A stretch of 64,000 nucleotides of DNA from Blasia pusilla (Eukaryota): assembly GCA_050084515.1 (NCBI GenBank), contig CM114271.1, positions 14,756,001 through 14,820,000 on the forward strand, written 5' to 3'. The notes under the pieces are model-generated. The model was not told where the DNA came from. It ran no database searches and was given only the letters and a program-made list of their open reading frames with translations. The first letter of the stretch is position 1. The number at the start of each line of letters is the position of its first letter. Positions 22,217 to 36,856 of this stretch are shown in pieces. Both the position numbers and the translations under genes were made by a program.

Positions 22217-24092
22217 AAAGCAATCTTCAAGAGCGTGGTATTCAAAGATTGACCAACACATGATCAGTCAAGGATACACCAAAAGCGACTCAGATCACAG
22301 TGTTTACAGTATGAGACATTGAGTTATGATTGTTGTCTTGTATTTAGATGATTTACTCATGATCAGTGACAGTTCGCTGTTTATGAATGGGCAGAAGCGT
22401 GCGCTACAAGAGGCTTTTGAGATGGTTGATCTAGGAGGTGCCAAAGTTCTCTTAGGAATCAATATAGTACGAGATCGCTTGGCTGGTACCATCACAATTC
22501 ATCAAGATACTTTCATAAAGAGTATCTTAGCGAAGTTTGGATTGAGTGACTGTAAACCTATTTCCACTCCTATGGAACTAGGACTAAAACTCTCCAAGTC
22601 CATGTGTGCTAAATCTGAGAAAGAGATTGAAGATATGTCTATGGTTCCTTATCAAAGTGTCAGAGGGAGCTTGCTTTATCTTCTTTGTTTGCACCGGACT
22701 GCAGGACATATCATTTCTGAGGGAGTCCTTTGCAAGTACATGCATAACCCAAGACCAGAACACTGGAAAGAAGTGAAAAGATTGTTACTCTACCTCAAGG
22801 GAACTCCAACAATGGGAATCACATATAGCTCAGGAACCTCCACCATATTATATGGGTTCACAGATTTAGATTATGCTGCTGATGAAGACACCGCAAGATC
22901 AACCTCGGGATATATCTTCATATTGTGCTATGGTGCTGTGAGTTGGAGCAGTAAACTTCACCAAACTGTTGTTTGTTCCTCAACAGAGCAGAGTACATTG
23001 GCATTGCTCATGCAGGGAAGGAATTGTGGCTTCGATACTTTCAACAAAGATCGGGTTTCCATGTGAAGGACCTCTGATTCTCTATGGAGATAACCAAGGA
23101 AGTATTGCACTATGCAGTAATCCGATTCATCATGCGAGAACTAAGCATATCAATGTTCGTCACCACTTCATTGGAGATCTGATGGGGATTGAAATTGACC
23201 TAAGGTTCATTGGGACTGAGGATATGGCAGCTGATTTCCTCACCAAATCATTGTCATCTATCAAGCATACAAAATGCTTGAGCAAGATTGGCATAACTAA
23301 TTTTTGCTGAGTGGGAGTGTTAGGATTTCACATAAAATTGTCTGCTGTTTTCTTCCAGTTTTTTAACTATGGTTAGTTCTGCAAACTATGGTTGGAAGTT
23401 TATCATAGTTACAAGTCTCAGTTAGTTTACTAGTTACCTCTTTAACTATTCTTGTGAGTTTTGGTTATGTTTAATTGTGCATATGGTGTGCTGGCCTACC
23501 CTTGGTGTGTTGGCATGTTGTGTCCTCCCCTGTTGTCTTTGTCCCGCTCATAATGTCTTTGGCCTATTATTCTGGTGTCTTTGGCCTTCTCATGTTGTCT
23601 TTGGCCCTTCCACCTTGCCTTACCATGCAAGTGGTCCCTTCGCTGGTCTCTTGTAGGAAACTATTTAACTCCCCCTCTCTTCCCTTCTTCTTTGATTCAC
23701 TTCTACTCCTGCCCTCTAAGGCTGTGGGTTTCGAGATTAGCTCCTACATATCTGAACCTTTGCTGGTGCCTTGATCAACTAAGAAGGAATGTGCATTGGT
23801 GTGGAGAATGCTCCAAGTACCAATCTAGCACAAACTCCTGCATCTTGGTTTCAACCACCTCTGCAGGACTTGTGTTTTCTAATAAGGTGTTGCTTTTCAA
23901 GCACCCAGTTCTCAGTAGAAGTTGTAGACCAGTTTTACATGCAATCCATTTCAGATTTGCTCTTTTCAGGTTTGTAAGTGATTACCCTCATGTACATGGT
24001 TCAGCGGAAGATCTTGTCGGGATCTACTATCTTTCTATCATTTTAAAGTTTTAAAAGTAGATCTGAGAGGAAGTAGAATTCTGATTTCAACA
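22217..24092 (+). mobile_element. Ty1/Copia 3' fragment (RT, RNase H) plus 3' LTR 23318-24092
   Basis: YLDDLL, YGFTDLDYAAD, GDNQGSI, RTKHI. PPT GAGTGGGAG. LTR TGTTAGG...TTCAACA. Confidence 0.92.
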
Positions 24093-25721
24093 ATATAAAG
24101 GACATTTTTGAGAAATAATTCTCTACAACCTTTCAGATTTAGATGAACTTCACCTTTGGAAAAAGTTTCGAGCTTGTGATTGCTTGCCACTGTTATATTA
24201 CGTGTAGAGATTTTCTGAATGTTGCTAAAACAACTTCTCTTACCGCACATGTGAGATGTTGCTCCACTATCAATGTACCAAGCATCCCTAGAACTTGATC
24301 CGAATGGTACATCATCATCGCTCTTCAACAACATGAGATTTCTCGGAAGTGTTGAACTTTCCCAAGATTTTCTTCTTCCCTCTCAGGTCTCTCACCTTTT
24401 TCCAACAGACCTCTTATGTATGGTTCAGCATGTTGCAATATTTGCACTTGAGCTTCTTCTTGCCCTTTTCATTGTACCCTCTCTTACCAACCTTGGCAGC
24501 AAGAGCGATCTCATCAGATACATTGTTCCTACCTGCATGCTTCGATTCTTCATTGATGAGTTGTCCGTTGACATACTCCCAGGTAAGTTTCTTTTTCTCT
24601 TGAGCTTCCAACACAATACTCACAGTCTCAAAACTCTTAGAGAGAGTGCCGAGAAGTAGACCTACTTGGAAAAAATCGTCTACTTTGAGACCTCCTTCAA
24701 TGAGAGTAGAAATTATCCCTTTCACCCTCGCCACATGAGAAGCAACAGGCTCAGATTCGTCCTTGCGCAAGTTCACAAGGTTCCAAAGGACACTAAAGAT
24801 GTGTCCTACAGATTCAGTTTGTAAGCCTTCTTTCACAGTCTCCCATATGGCATGAGCATTTGGTTTGTCACGAGCCATCTCTATTGTAGAGTCTCCCATG
24901 TTCATAACCAATGCAGCCATTGCTCTATTGTTGGATTTGATCCATTCTGCATCCAACAGTTGCATTGTTGTTGGTACACATTGGACCACTTCTCAACAAT
25001 CCTTGTGACAACAAAGGAATCTTCATCTCAAAAGACCACTTTCTCTAATTAATAACATCTAATTTCTTACTAACCCAGTGATCCATATCACTTTGTGGGC
25101 CCATAACCTAAAAGAAAAACAGGAGTAAACAAATACTGACTTTGATTACAGAGCGCTAATTTATTTCTCCAAGCTCCAGGAAGTTACAACAGATTAAAGA
25201 TACATGGAATAGCTTCACAGAGGTCAAATAGGAAAGGAAACTCTGTACTTACAAAAACATGAGAGAGATCTGATTGATCTACTACTCATAAACTTCCTCC
25301 CTATAGGAAGAAGAGACTCTCTACACTATTGATGCCTTTTCAGGCAACACACTATCTCCTCCAGCAGCAGGTCCTCCAAAACATCAACTCCTTCTATCAC
25401 AATAGGTCAGCCACCCAAGCTGAGGGACAGCAATCATGAAGTTCGCAGGTCCAAGAGCTGGGAAAGTAGAGAAGAGAATAAGAGTGCTCTGGTAAGCCTC
25501 TTGCTCTTATAAGACAGCCCCTAGCTTTCTTAAACCCTAAAAGTCTTTAACTAAGGCTAAAGGAGGTTATAATGAAACCCTAAAGGTTTTTAACTAAGAC
25601 TAAAAAGGCTATTGCGAAATCCTAAAGGCCTAGTTAATAAACCTAAAAATATAATTTTACCTATAGATAAAAAAGTAACTTTTCATAGTAAAAAGTATAA
25701 TTTTTTGTTCCTGATCTTACA
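24093..25721 (-). mobile_element. Ty1/Copia 5' fragment (LTR ~25109-25721, PBS, gag, protease)
   Basis: PBS GGTTATGGGCCCA (25108-25096). Gag 24989..24414 with CKYCNMLNH. Protease WYIDSGATSHM. Confidence 0.85.
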
Positions 25722-25735
25722 GTTGCAATTTCAAC

Positions 25736-27140
25736 ACCATATAGATGGTTTCCTTCAGGTCTCCATTCAGAAAAGCAGTCTCCACATCTAATTGCTCCAC
25801 CTCCCAATCTTCTTCAGCAACTAGAGCTAAAAGCAGCCTTATGGAACCATACCGTGCAACAGGAGCAAAGGTCTCTGTATAATCAACTTCAGCTTGTTGA
25901 TTGAAACCCTTTGCTACAAGACGAGCTTTGTACTTTACCACTTTATTGTTAGCTCCTCTCTTGATCTTGAAAACCCATTTGCAACCAATGGATATCCTGT
26001 CTTTGGGTAGATCAGTCCACTCCCATGTGCCATTCTTTTCAAGAGATTTTTTGTCTTGATCAATGGCAGTCTCCCACTTGCTCCAATCAAGTCTACTCAT
26101 AGCCTGTGCAAGTGTTTTCGGTTCATCCTCTCCATCCATAGAAAGACAAGCTTCTTCATCCACGGAGGATTGAGCTTGTTTCTCCTTATGAACTCCCAAC
26201 CTGTCAATAGGTGTTCTCGTTCTTCCAGATCTCCTTGGCAATGTCTCTGCCACTTCTTCAGTTTGTGCATCTTCAGAGGTACCTGGTTCTTCAGCAGGCT
26301 GAAAGTTGGCTTCCTGATGATTCTCCTCAGTTTGGACAGTTTGCTGCTTTCTCCTGACATACACCTTCAGATTTTCTGAACAAAGTTCTCCACTAGATGG
26401 TCCTGAGAGTTGATCTGCATCTCTTTCTAGGTTAGTTATTGGAGTTCCTGCATGAAAAGTAACTTGAGGTTGTGATGATGATTCACCCTCTGCTTCAGAA
26501 AGTTTCTTCTGATCTTCTTCCCAGGTTTCATCATACTGCACATCTCTACTTGTGACACACTGTCCAATCTTTGGATTGTAGAGAACATATCTCTTCAAGC
26601 CAGTCTCATATCCTACAAAGACGAACTTTTCAGCCTTCTTACTGAATTTCGATCTTTGCTCCTTTGGGATATGTACATAAGCTGGACAACCAAAGACTCT
26701 AAGGTGGGAGATATCTGGTTTCTTACCACTCCAACATTCTTCTGAAGTCATCCCATTCAAAGCACTAGTAGGACTTACATTCCTCAGAAAGTTTGCGGTC
26801 TCGATTGCAGCTCCCCAGAAGCTTTTCCTGAGATTTGCATGTCAGAGCATGCTCAACCCCTTCTCTGATAGAGTTCTGTTTAGTCTCTCTGCTACTCCAT
26901 TCTGAGAGGGACTGTCTCTGGCTGTGACATCAGCAAAAGTCCTCTTTTGTCACAAGAAGGAAAAGAACTCTTTGTTTCTGTACTCCTTGCCTCCATCTGT
27001 GTGAATTTTCTTCACTCTTCTTCCTGTTTGTAGCTCCACCATTGCCACAAAGTTCTTGAACTTATCACGAACATCACCTTTGTGTTTTATCAGATACACA
27101 AAGCTTTTTCTGCTATAATCATCCACAAAGGACACATTCC
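25736..27140 (-). mobile_element. Ty1/Copia integrase-RT fragment
   Basis: FVDDYSR, HTDGGKEY, LRVFGCPAY, KARLVAKG, QLDVETAFLNG. Confidence 0.92.
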
Positions 27141-30100
27141 ATGCTTGATATCAGTCTCGAATATCCCAATCAGCATCAGAATATCCCGCAAGATCATCAA
27201 AGTTTGCAGAATTCTGATGCATTATAGATCTGTTCCTTTTAGATATCGTACAATTCTCTTAACAGCCTTCCAGTGCTGGAGTCCAGGATTACATATATCT
27301 GGCAACATTGCAAACTGCATACGACAGGTCAGGTCTGGTGCAGACCTTTGCCCACATAAGGCTTCCGACCACACTCACCTTAGTCCTCTTCAATTAGTTT
27401 CTTCCCAGTTTCCACAGGAGTGCTGGTTGGTTTGCAATCCTCCATCCTGGACTTTGTCAAGAGAGAAAAATCTTCTCTTATCAATTCGAATCCAGCCTTT
27501 TTCCTTGTTTCTTCTGATTCCTATTCAGAGGTACTGCTTGACATACTTCACCGTGTGGAGGATCATTGTCAACAATGACTCTCATCATCTACATATGGAG
27601 CAAGGATCACATACTGGTCTCCTGATATCTGATGAAGTGCAAATTGTGATCAGCAGTTGTTGCCTTGAACCTATTCTGAAAGAGATAGGAACCAAGTTTT
27701 TGAAACCACAGTTTGGAGGATTGTTTCAGTCCGAACAAAGCCTTATTTATTTATAAACTCTGCTTTGATGCTGATGATCAATCAATCCTTCAGGCATTTC
27801 TAAGTATACTTCCTCCTGAATGTACACCAATCAGGAAAGCTGTCTTCACATCCATCCGCTCGACCAAAAGGTTGAATTGAGCAGCCAGTATTACTCTGAA
27901 GGATGTGATCCTGACTACCGATGTGAAGGTATCGGTGTAATCAATAACATACACTTGGGAGTAGCCCTTGGCTATGAGCCTTGCCTTGTACCTCTCAACA
28001 GTGGCATCAGCATTGATCCATTTACATCTCACAAGCTTCTTCCCTTCTGGAAGATGAGTAAAAATCCATGGATTATTCTCTCGGGTGATCTCAATTCACT
28101 GTGACTTGCCTCTGTCCACTGGGATGCATCTTGTCCTGACCTGGCTTCAGCCAATGTCTGAGGATCAGCAAGTTTCCCTCCATCAGAGACAAACATGGCT
28201 TGATTAAGCGGGACATGTTTCCCTTTTGCAGCATCATGTTGGAGAGTTTTTTCTTCTTCTACCACTTCTGCTTGGTTCAGATGCTGGGGTGGGTGTAAGT
28301 GTATCCTGAGTATGTGTGGGGCTTCTTTGCCTAAGAGTGTCGTGCTCAGGATTTCTCCCTTCTTCCTCAGCTAGGTCTCCGGTGGAGTACTTGGGCGTGC
28401 AACTTGTACTCCCACTGGCCCATCAGAGTGGGAGTTTGACTACTTTGTCCAAAACTCCCACTCACTGAGGGTTCCAGTCCAGCTGTGTGTTCAGCGGCTT
28501 TCTTCATTTGTGTGTTAATGAAGGGCAGTAGAGGGAAGTCTTCATCTGCTACTTCATCAGATAAAGAACTTGCTATTCCGTGAGTAACTGCAGAATCATC
28601 CTTCTCATTGAAGATCACATCCCTCTCAAATATAATCCTTTAATCCTTTTTTCTCTCAAGCCTGTATGCTTTAATTTCATCTCCATATCCGACAAATGCG
28701 CACTCCTGCGTCTTGAAATCAAGCTTGCCCCTATGGTTCTTGTGGACTCTAGCATTGGCCGTACTTGGGAATTGTCTCAGATGATTAAGATCAGGCTGTT
28801 TGCCTATCTACAGCTCGTAGGGAGTTAGACTCCCCCAAACTGCTTTGGTAGGAGCTCTGTTATGTAAATAATTAGCTGTTAATGGTGCTTCTCCCCAATA
28901 ACACTCGGTTAGTCCAGAGTGATGCAACTTGAAGATAACAGCCTCCCTCAAGGTTCTGTTCTTTGGTTCAGCTACCCTGTTCTGTTACGGGGTGTCATGT
29001 AGTGTATCCTGTCTCAGAATATTGTGGTGCAAAAAGCCTTCAACTCCTCTGATTTTTACGCTCCCCCATTATCTGATCTGAGGGCAGTGCTTCTACTATT
29101 CCTGTTTACTGTTGTAATCTTTCAAAAGCTTCTGATTTGTGTCTCACAAGATAAACAACAGTATATCTTGACCAGGCATCAATGAAGGTTGGATGAGTAT
29201 GCTAACGCTAGAACTTCCACAATATATGAGTGTGCTAACTCTAGAACTTCAGTCGCTCTAGTAGCCCCTTCAGTGGGAAACTAGACTCTAGTCTGTTTGC
29301 CAAACACACAGGAAGGGCAAAAGTCATCTTCATCAAGTTTCTTAGTCTCAAGCCCAGTTGACACAGACTTCAACCATTGCATCCTCTTGAAGTTGATATG
29401 GCCAAGCCTCTTATGCCAGGTTTCGGTAAGTAACACTCGAGGATCTCGCAAGTGCCATATCCGGGTAGGTCTTTGGGTTTGAACGCCCGAGATTGTTCTT
29501 CAACAGGCACTATGTGAGTGTCTCACTTCGATTATCCCTTATGATACATGTGCCTTCTTGGAATGCTAGGCTAGACAGGTCATGTTTTGATAGAGAGAAA
29601 GGTTCTTCATTAGACCTGGTACATAAGTCCTTTGGTGTGATTCTTTTTCCATCAAGAACAATCACTTCCACACTCCCGCTTCCAGCAACTCGATGGTGAC
29701 TATCATCACTGTTGAACACAAGCTGTTCACTTGAGACTTCATTTGTAGTCTCTAAAAGTGGCCCTGCGAAAAGCCATGTGAGTTGTGGCTCCTCTGTCCA
29801 CATACCATGTACTGTCGGATTTTTGGCAGCAAGAGAGGGCTGTCACAAGTGCTCTTCGTTCATGAAAATTCGACTTACTCCATCTTGTAACTTCTTCCAG
29901 CATTCCTTGGCCATAGAAGCAGGTAAATCTTGGCTCGGAGTTCTTCAAAGATTTCTGCTTCTTGTTGTTTGCTCAAGCAGGCCCTCCCCTTTGAGGACTT
30001 GTGTGAAGCCTTCAACAATCACCCAGTTATCATCAGTCATGAAGTCCAATTTCACCTGACGTTTCCACTAAGCAAAGTGGGTGATATTGAATTTGCCAGT

Positions 30101-30230
30101 GTCCTTCCTGACATCAACGTAATGAGGCATCTTGGCTCACAGAAGAGAAATCGTCTCTCTGATGCCCCTGGTCCACACAGTGGCGCCACCAATTTAAGGG
30201 CCAAGTGCTTCAATTATTCAATGATGTAAC
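27141..30230 (-). mobile_element. Heavily decayed Ty1/Copia internal region (gag to RNase H)
   Basis: WYVDRGATTHM (~29790), WHKRLGHIN (~29410), KARLIAKGYSQ and MDVKTAFL (27790-28032), GYSDADW (~27175). Confidence 0.85.
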
Positions 30231-32813
30231 TTGTCTGCAGGGCCAAGTTTGGCATTGAAGCCCAATTGTTGAAAATGGTCACCAAATTGTCTCATCTCCA
30301 AAATTTGGACGCTAAGATATCCAATTGGCAATGTAGGTCATGTTGCTACGGGTGAGAGGAACTTTGTATTCTATCTTCACTGTTGCGGTGAAAGGAATTT
30401 GCAAAGTCATCTTCGTAGTTCTTGATTACAGGGGACAGAGACGGAGCTTCGTGCTATGTTCCGTGAATTGATGCAGGTCTTATTGCACTGCAGTTTCTTA
30501 ACTCCCCCAATCCTTACCACTGCCCACTCAAACGACTCCAGATAAATTAAGGGAATCCTGATCCTGTCTCAATTGCACCTCGCACCATGGCGCTGATACA
30601 ATGTTGGAAATTTCTGAGCAATTCCACATGCAATCAATCAGTGTTATGCATGTATTCAAGTACTCTTGTGTTGCACACAGGAAATGTACCAGCATAACGT
30701 CAACCTTGTCGACAGGATCACAGATGCTCATAGAAACCGTCCTCGAAAGAGGGTCTGCAATGGACTACAGAACGTCTTCCAACAGCAATTCCTCCTCCTG
30801 ACAGGTGACCACTAAGAAAATGTTATCACATCAGACTCAGTCTGTGCGAGCTCAATAATCAACCAGGAGTGGAGCATCCATACAAGACTCACCAAACAAT
30901 CCTCATGTCTGTTTGAACAGCGATGCCTCCAGGAGGTGAGCCCTCCCAGGGATGACCTTCCATTGTCAAGTATGAACGCTTTCAAACAGCCAGCTTGACA
31001 CCTGTCCCATGGTATCTCTGGTAAAGAAGCCTGTTGAATTGCAACGAGATATGAATTGGTACTTTTCATGTGTTAAGAACAGTGAGTCTATGTAAGCCCA
31101 AGGGAACATTAGACGTGGTCTAAGACTTGAGGTAGTGGAGCAGAAAAGGAAGTGTAGTAGTGATTGAGGTCTTTCTTTGGTTGCAGGCCGTCTTACCATC
31201 GAGAGGTAAGATTCTCAACATTAAAAGAAGGGTGACGCGGCATTGTACAAAGATCAAGAGATCCAAGATCTGATCATTGAGTTGGGTCTTGGTGTCAAGG
31301 TAGCAAGTCTATCATCAAGTTCATCCTTGACATCAAACTTGAATACTTATTTATGTTCTAGACACAAGAGCTAGCCTTACCAAGCAATCTGGTTTGAGAT
31401 GCCCACTAGAAATAGGAATCAAGACGTGCTTAATTCAATTCGTATGCTGAAGCTCCATGAAACTTAAAATCTGGTGGGTATTTGGCAGGGAGAGGAGTTC
31501 TCCGGTATCACAAAATTATCATTCTTACGGATGCGGACCTAGCCCACATTTGAACTTTGCTCCTGACCTTTTCTGATATCAGGTGAATTTCCATTTTCAT
31601 AGGAAAAGATTCTTGGCCATTGCCCTGTCTCTTTGTCTCCAAATTCTGTCACTTGTGGGTATGAAGGAAAGATGTTTGGGGTATTCTGGGGTGTCCGGAA
31701 TTCTGAATTCAATTCTCGTCCTGTTTGGATCAATCTAGGAATTTGACTGCATGTGAAATTCTACAACCCTGCAGATACAGTTATTCGAATCTGGGTGCAT
31801 ATATGTTGGAGCTCCTCCTCCATACAAGGTAGATGTTCAGTGCATATCAGACTCATAGATTTGTGATCTTTTGGTTTTCAGGAATGGGTTAAGTCGGTGA
31901 AGAGTTTGTTTTGAAATTTAAGCTGATGTTGTGGTTTCTCGATCCATCGAGGGCTTGGAAAACAGATTAAGATTTGGTTTTGGGCATCAGAAGTTCTGGG
32001 TTTAGGGTACCAAATAGTAGGCTTCTGGGGTTTCTGTCCTTTGCCGAGGTCTCTGTGGACTTCTATAAGTTGATTTCTACCCTTTTACTTCATGGTGAGA
32101 AAGTCCTACAACATGATAATTGATTAATGAAATGATCTGTTTGCAGCTTTGCGGAGCATGTTATGGTGCTTAGTGCCTGACACCCACATCCGTAGATCAG
32201 TGAGAAAAGGAGAAGCCTGGGATGCATGGAAATATTTAGCCACCCTTGAATTTGTCCAATATTTTGGGTCACTATTAACTTACCTCACTCCCGGGCTTAC
32301 GTAGGCTCTAGTTAGAGAGGATCCACAAATATATTTCTTCATGTGTATATTATTTCCTGATTGACGGCGGCCTGATGGAATTTGGAACTGAATGGACAGG
32401 TAGAACGAGGGAAACTCTCACAGTATTGCTACGACGAGAATGAGATGAAAGCACTACTAAAGTGCTACCCTTCCAATGCATCATACAACACTCAAAGATT
32501 CGAAGGTGGGTGAGTTTTTTATTTATATTCCGTGCTTATTTTGGAGATTTCTGTGTTGCCTGGAGTATAAATTGTGAGCCATTTGATGACACCTATCCTT
32601 AGCACAGGTCTTGGAGAGATGATGCCTTAGCAGCTTTGGGAAACAACGCTGGACCCGACTAAAAGAATGCTGAAACAGCTTACCATGGAAGATGATGCTG
32701 AAGCAAGTCAAAGGTTCATAGTCTTGATGGGAGACAAGGTACCGTTTTTCACCGTATCAATTGTCTGCTAGACCAAACGACAAGTTCCACTGTTTGTAAG
32801 AAGAGGTATTAAT

Positions 32814-33614
32814 TGTTGAAATCAGAATTCTACTTCCTCTCAGATCTTACTTTTAAAACTTTAAAAGAATAGAAAGATAGTAGATCCCGACAGGATCTTC
32901 CACTGAACCATGTACATGAAGATAATCACTTACAAACCTGAAAGAGTAAACCTGAAAATGGATTGCATGTAGAACTGGTCTACAACTTCTATTGAGAATT
33001 GGGTGCTTGAAAGGCAACACCTTATTAGAATACACAAGTCCTGAAGAGAGGTGGTTGAAACCAAGATGCAGGAGTTTGTGCTAGATTGGTTCTTGGAGCA
33101 TTCTCCACACCAATGCACATTCCTTCTTAGTTGATCAAGGCACCAGCAGAGGTTCAAGTATGTAGGAGCTAATCTCAAAACCCACAACCTTAGAGGGCAG
33201 GAGTAGAAGTGAATCAAAAAAAAAGGGAAGAGAGGGGGAGTTATATAGTTTCCTAGAAGAGACCAGCAGAAGGGACCACTGCATGGTAGGGCAAGGTGGA
33301 AGGGCCAAGCCTAACAGAGAGAGGCCAAAGACACCAGAATGGCTAGCACAACAGCCAAAGACACCAGGAATAGGCCAAAGACAAGGGGGGGGAGGACAAA
33401 GACAACATGCGAGCACAAAGAAGGGGGAGGCCAAAGACACCATGTGCACAATTAAACATAACCAAAACTCACAAGAATAGTTAAAGAGGTAACTAGTAGA
33501 CTAACTGAGACTTGTAACTATGATAAACTTCCAACCATAGTTTGCAGAACTAACCATAAGTTTAAAAAAAAAACTTGAAGAAAACAGCAGACAATTTTAT
33601 GTGAAATCCTAACA
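32814..33614 (-). mobile_element. Solo LTR of the 23318-24092 Copia family
   Basis: Reverse-complement match to 23318-24092. TG...CA ends. 5-bp TSD TTAAT. Confidence 0.93.
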
Positions 33615-34435
33615 TTAATCACATATGAACTGATTCTCGCCAGTGAGAAGAATCGGTAATCAAGGCCTTGGTATGTTTGCCATCGTGCTCGAAGTACAGT
33701 GTTCGAGTACTTAACCTCATATGACTATGGCATCGATGATACCCCTTTTACTTCGGCCTTGAATACCCCTCATTTGGGACTATTATGTGTTTTTTTTGTC
33801 TGCAGGTTGCGTCACGCAGGGAGCTCATCCGAAATTCAGCATATCGCTTAAGGTTTGAGAATATCGATATGTAAATTCACCTCAATAGATTTCAATTAGA
33901 TTTACTCTAGAGAAACCCTTGACCCCAAACAGATGGGTGCGACTATGTACGATGTCCAGGACACCCGAATCATCGTAAATATATAGCCATCCACAGCTAC
34001 AATTCTGTGACTCCTCGTTGATGACCTTGTCTTGTTGAGTGATTGGTCCTTCAAAACACGCCCATATTTGGGATACAACCCCACTACCCCCACCCCCCGA
34101 TCAGGCGTGTACGTAGTACGTACCCCCACGAAAAGGGTATCCTCGACGATTTCATCTCTGCTCTAAGTACATACAGAAAGAAATCTAGTTACGACTCTTA
34201 CGAGGTTCTCGAGAAGTCCCTGGTAAGGTCACAGAAGGACGTCAGCAAGGGCAATTTCAAATCCCATTAACTCGTCTAGTCCTAGCTTTCTGGACCGGTG
34301 ATTATACGTAGGCTGCTGGTCGGGAACCATCAGTAGAAGTAATCGCACCTGGCACACGACTATTAGGAATAAATATAACCGTTAATAGAAACCCATCGGG
34401 ATTCGGAATACAGAAGAGGGGGGGGGCATAGGGAA

Positions 34436-34652
34436 CAGTGCTCGGCAAGGATTTTTATGCATACCGGTAGCTTTTCGAGAGAATTCTCAAGGTAGTCGGT
34501 AATTTCTCCATTCTAGCCGGTTTTTAAAAAATTTAGCAAAGAAAATTCACTTTTCTCGTCGGCAATTTTCCAAAACTTTCAGATTTGATCCGGAAATCGC
34601 ACGTTCTCAACCGGCTGCTTTAACAAAGAATGCCGGTTCTTGCCGAGCATTG
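34436..34652. mobile_element. hAT-like MITE (217 bp)
   Basis: TIRs CAGTGCTCGGCAAG / CTTGCCGAGCATTG. Imperfect 8-bp flanks ATAGGGAA / ATAGGAAG. Internal CCGG-rich motifs. Confidence 0.65.
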
Positions 34653-36683
34653 ATAGGAAGAAAAACCCGCGGGTCAAAACCAGTCGTGAATCCTCGGTTT
34701 TCAGCCGTAAGTGAAAAACTGAATCGGAAATTCTCAAATTCTACCGGCTAACTCAACACGTAAACCCGGTTCATAGTGCATCATTCCCCCTTAGAAGCGT
34801 TGACTGGAATGACCTAATCCGCATCAGCTGACTGAATTGAAGCTGGTTACCTGACTAAATTGAAATTCGGTAGAACAACGTTGGTAATTTAAAGCGACTT
34901 TAATGTTTGTTAGTCTGATCTGAGAATATCCCGTGCCTGACCATCCAGTCAGTACGGATTCGCCATGCTTTCCAAATATCTTACGGAAATCATGACAGGG
35001 TTGTGGCGAACAAAATATGACACTCTTGCTAGTACACTGACACTGGAATCTTCACGCAGATCATGACGCTGCTCTCTGACCCTCAAACTTTGAAGAATTA
35101 TGACATCCCAGCCGCTCGCTCAGCTTTCGACCCCGACCGAGCTGAACGAAGGTCAGGTCAGTACGAGTCCAGCCAATCATGACTTCCTACCCCCACATAT
35201 CGCAACAGAATCGTTCCGGACTGCTCCCGCAACCCGCGATGCGAACGTCTGGAGGAGCCCAGTCCTCGCGAAAATATCCCCGATAATTCTCCCGTCCAAA
35301 CCAAACAAAATCTGGAGGGCTCAAATCTTCGCGACAACGGTCAATGGTGAATGAACGATGCCTTCCTTCTCGTCCTCTGCCCGCCTACCTTCTCGCTGTC
35401 CGAAAGGTAGGCATGAAGGTTTCAAGTTCCGAAATGGAACATGTGCACTTCGGTTTGCCCTGAACAGAAAGCGCGAGCGAGATCCTCGTCGCCGTGAAAG
35501 GCTGCACTTGACAAACGGGAGCAGAAACGGGTCTTCAGTGCTGACGAAGCAGCCACGACGTCTGACTATCACAACTTTTGACGGAATGTGATATGACTTG
35601 TAAGCTGACCGATTCGCTCACTCCATTTCTCGTGGAATTCGCATTTTGCTCGGTGAGGTTTTAGTTTCCAAGATACAATGAACTCACGGGATTGACAAAC
35701 GAGCATGAGGGAACGGAGGGGAAAGAGAAATCTCTTTAGCCACCTTATGGTAAAGCTCTTTAAATTGTGGCAACCGTGTTTCCACCCACCTACTTAAGCT
35801 AAATCGATGTTGAACATTCTCATCTTCTTATTTGAAGAAAAGTCGTATGAACCATTCTTGCTCTTAGAGACGGGGGGGAAAAAAAATGAAGGAAGGGATC
35901 CGGAGAATCTAAATCCGTTGTAATGATGCGCTTCCGAAGCTGGAACTTCGAACTTGTGTAAGTTTGTATCCCGCTGACGAACTTCTTCGGGATTGCAAAC
36001 GCAATCATCATTGTAATAATCGCTTTGATTGATTTGAAGTAGCGTGAAATGATTAACCAAAGTTTATGCCATGATTGCTACTCTAATGACTCCACACGCG
36101 CATTCTTCTATAGTTGGAAGAATGCATTTGGAGCCATGCGAGCCATGATGATGGAGGGGGGTGGGGTGGTTACCAAGATGCTCCCAGCTCCACATGCCAC
36201 GTTTGTTGCCGGTCATACTATTTAGGGAAAGACATGTGGGACAATAATCCAAGGATGTGGAAAGATGCGCTTACTTTCTCGAGCGAGAACACACGAATTG
36301 TGACGGGATGTTTACAATTTCACATCCATTTGGGAAGTTTAATCCTACTCTTATGAAAGAGGTATCGTGAGAACCTCGTGCTTTAAATACTTGCACGCGC
36401 AAATCCAAAGGTTCCAGAATAGGTAGAGGGGACTTTAGTAATACACTACCAACGAAGCTAGAATGAAGTGTTGTTTCGAGTAATGGAGGAGGAGGGGATC
36501 TAGACGAGATGTACTATTGTTGATGGTTTTGTTGGTAATCATTATGGCCTCTAGAGACTTTTTTTTTTTTCCTCTCCATCTTGGTTGTACATGTGTTTAT
36601 TAATTATTTTTTCTTCCGGTTCTTTCAAAGGATCACATTCGTTGCAATTGAACTCCAATCTAAGTTTAAGGATCTTAGGATAT

Positions 36684-36808
36684 TGTCGTGCATATCCATA
36701 TCGCTACACAACATATAACCTTGTCATCAAATACACATACAAACACATGATCTTATGTTATTTCATAACATCCAAATATTCAGACGATCAAATATCAAAA
36801 TATCTCAA
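36684..36808 (-). repeat. Isolated ~125-bp LTR of the PHD/DNMT Gypsy family
   Basis: Matches 37302-37427 and 55871-55996. Confidence 0.65.
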
Positions 36809-36820
36809 ATAAATCATTTT

Positions 36821-36824
<4 letters not shown>

Positions 36825-36854
<30 letters not shown>
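36825..36854. repeat. (TC)n microsatellite
   Basis: About 15 TC units. Confidence 0.95.
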
Positions 36855-36856
<2 letters not shown>

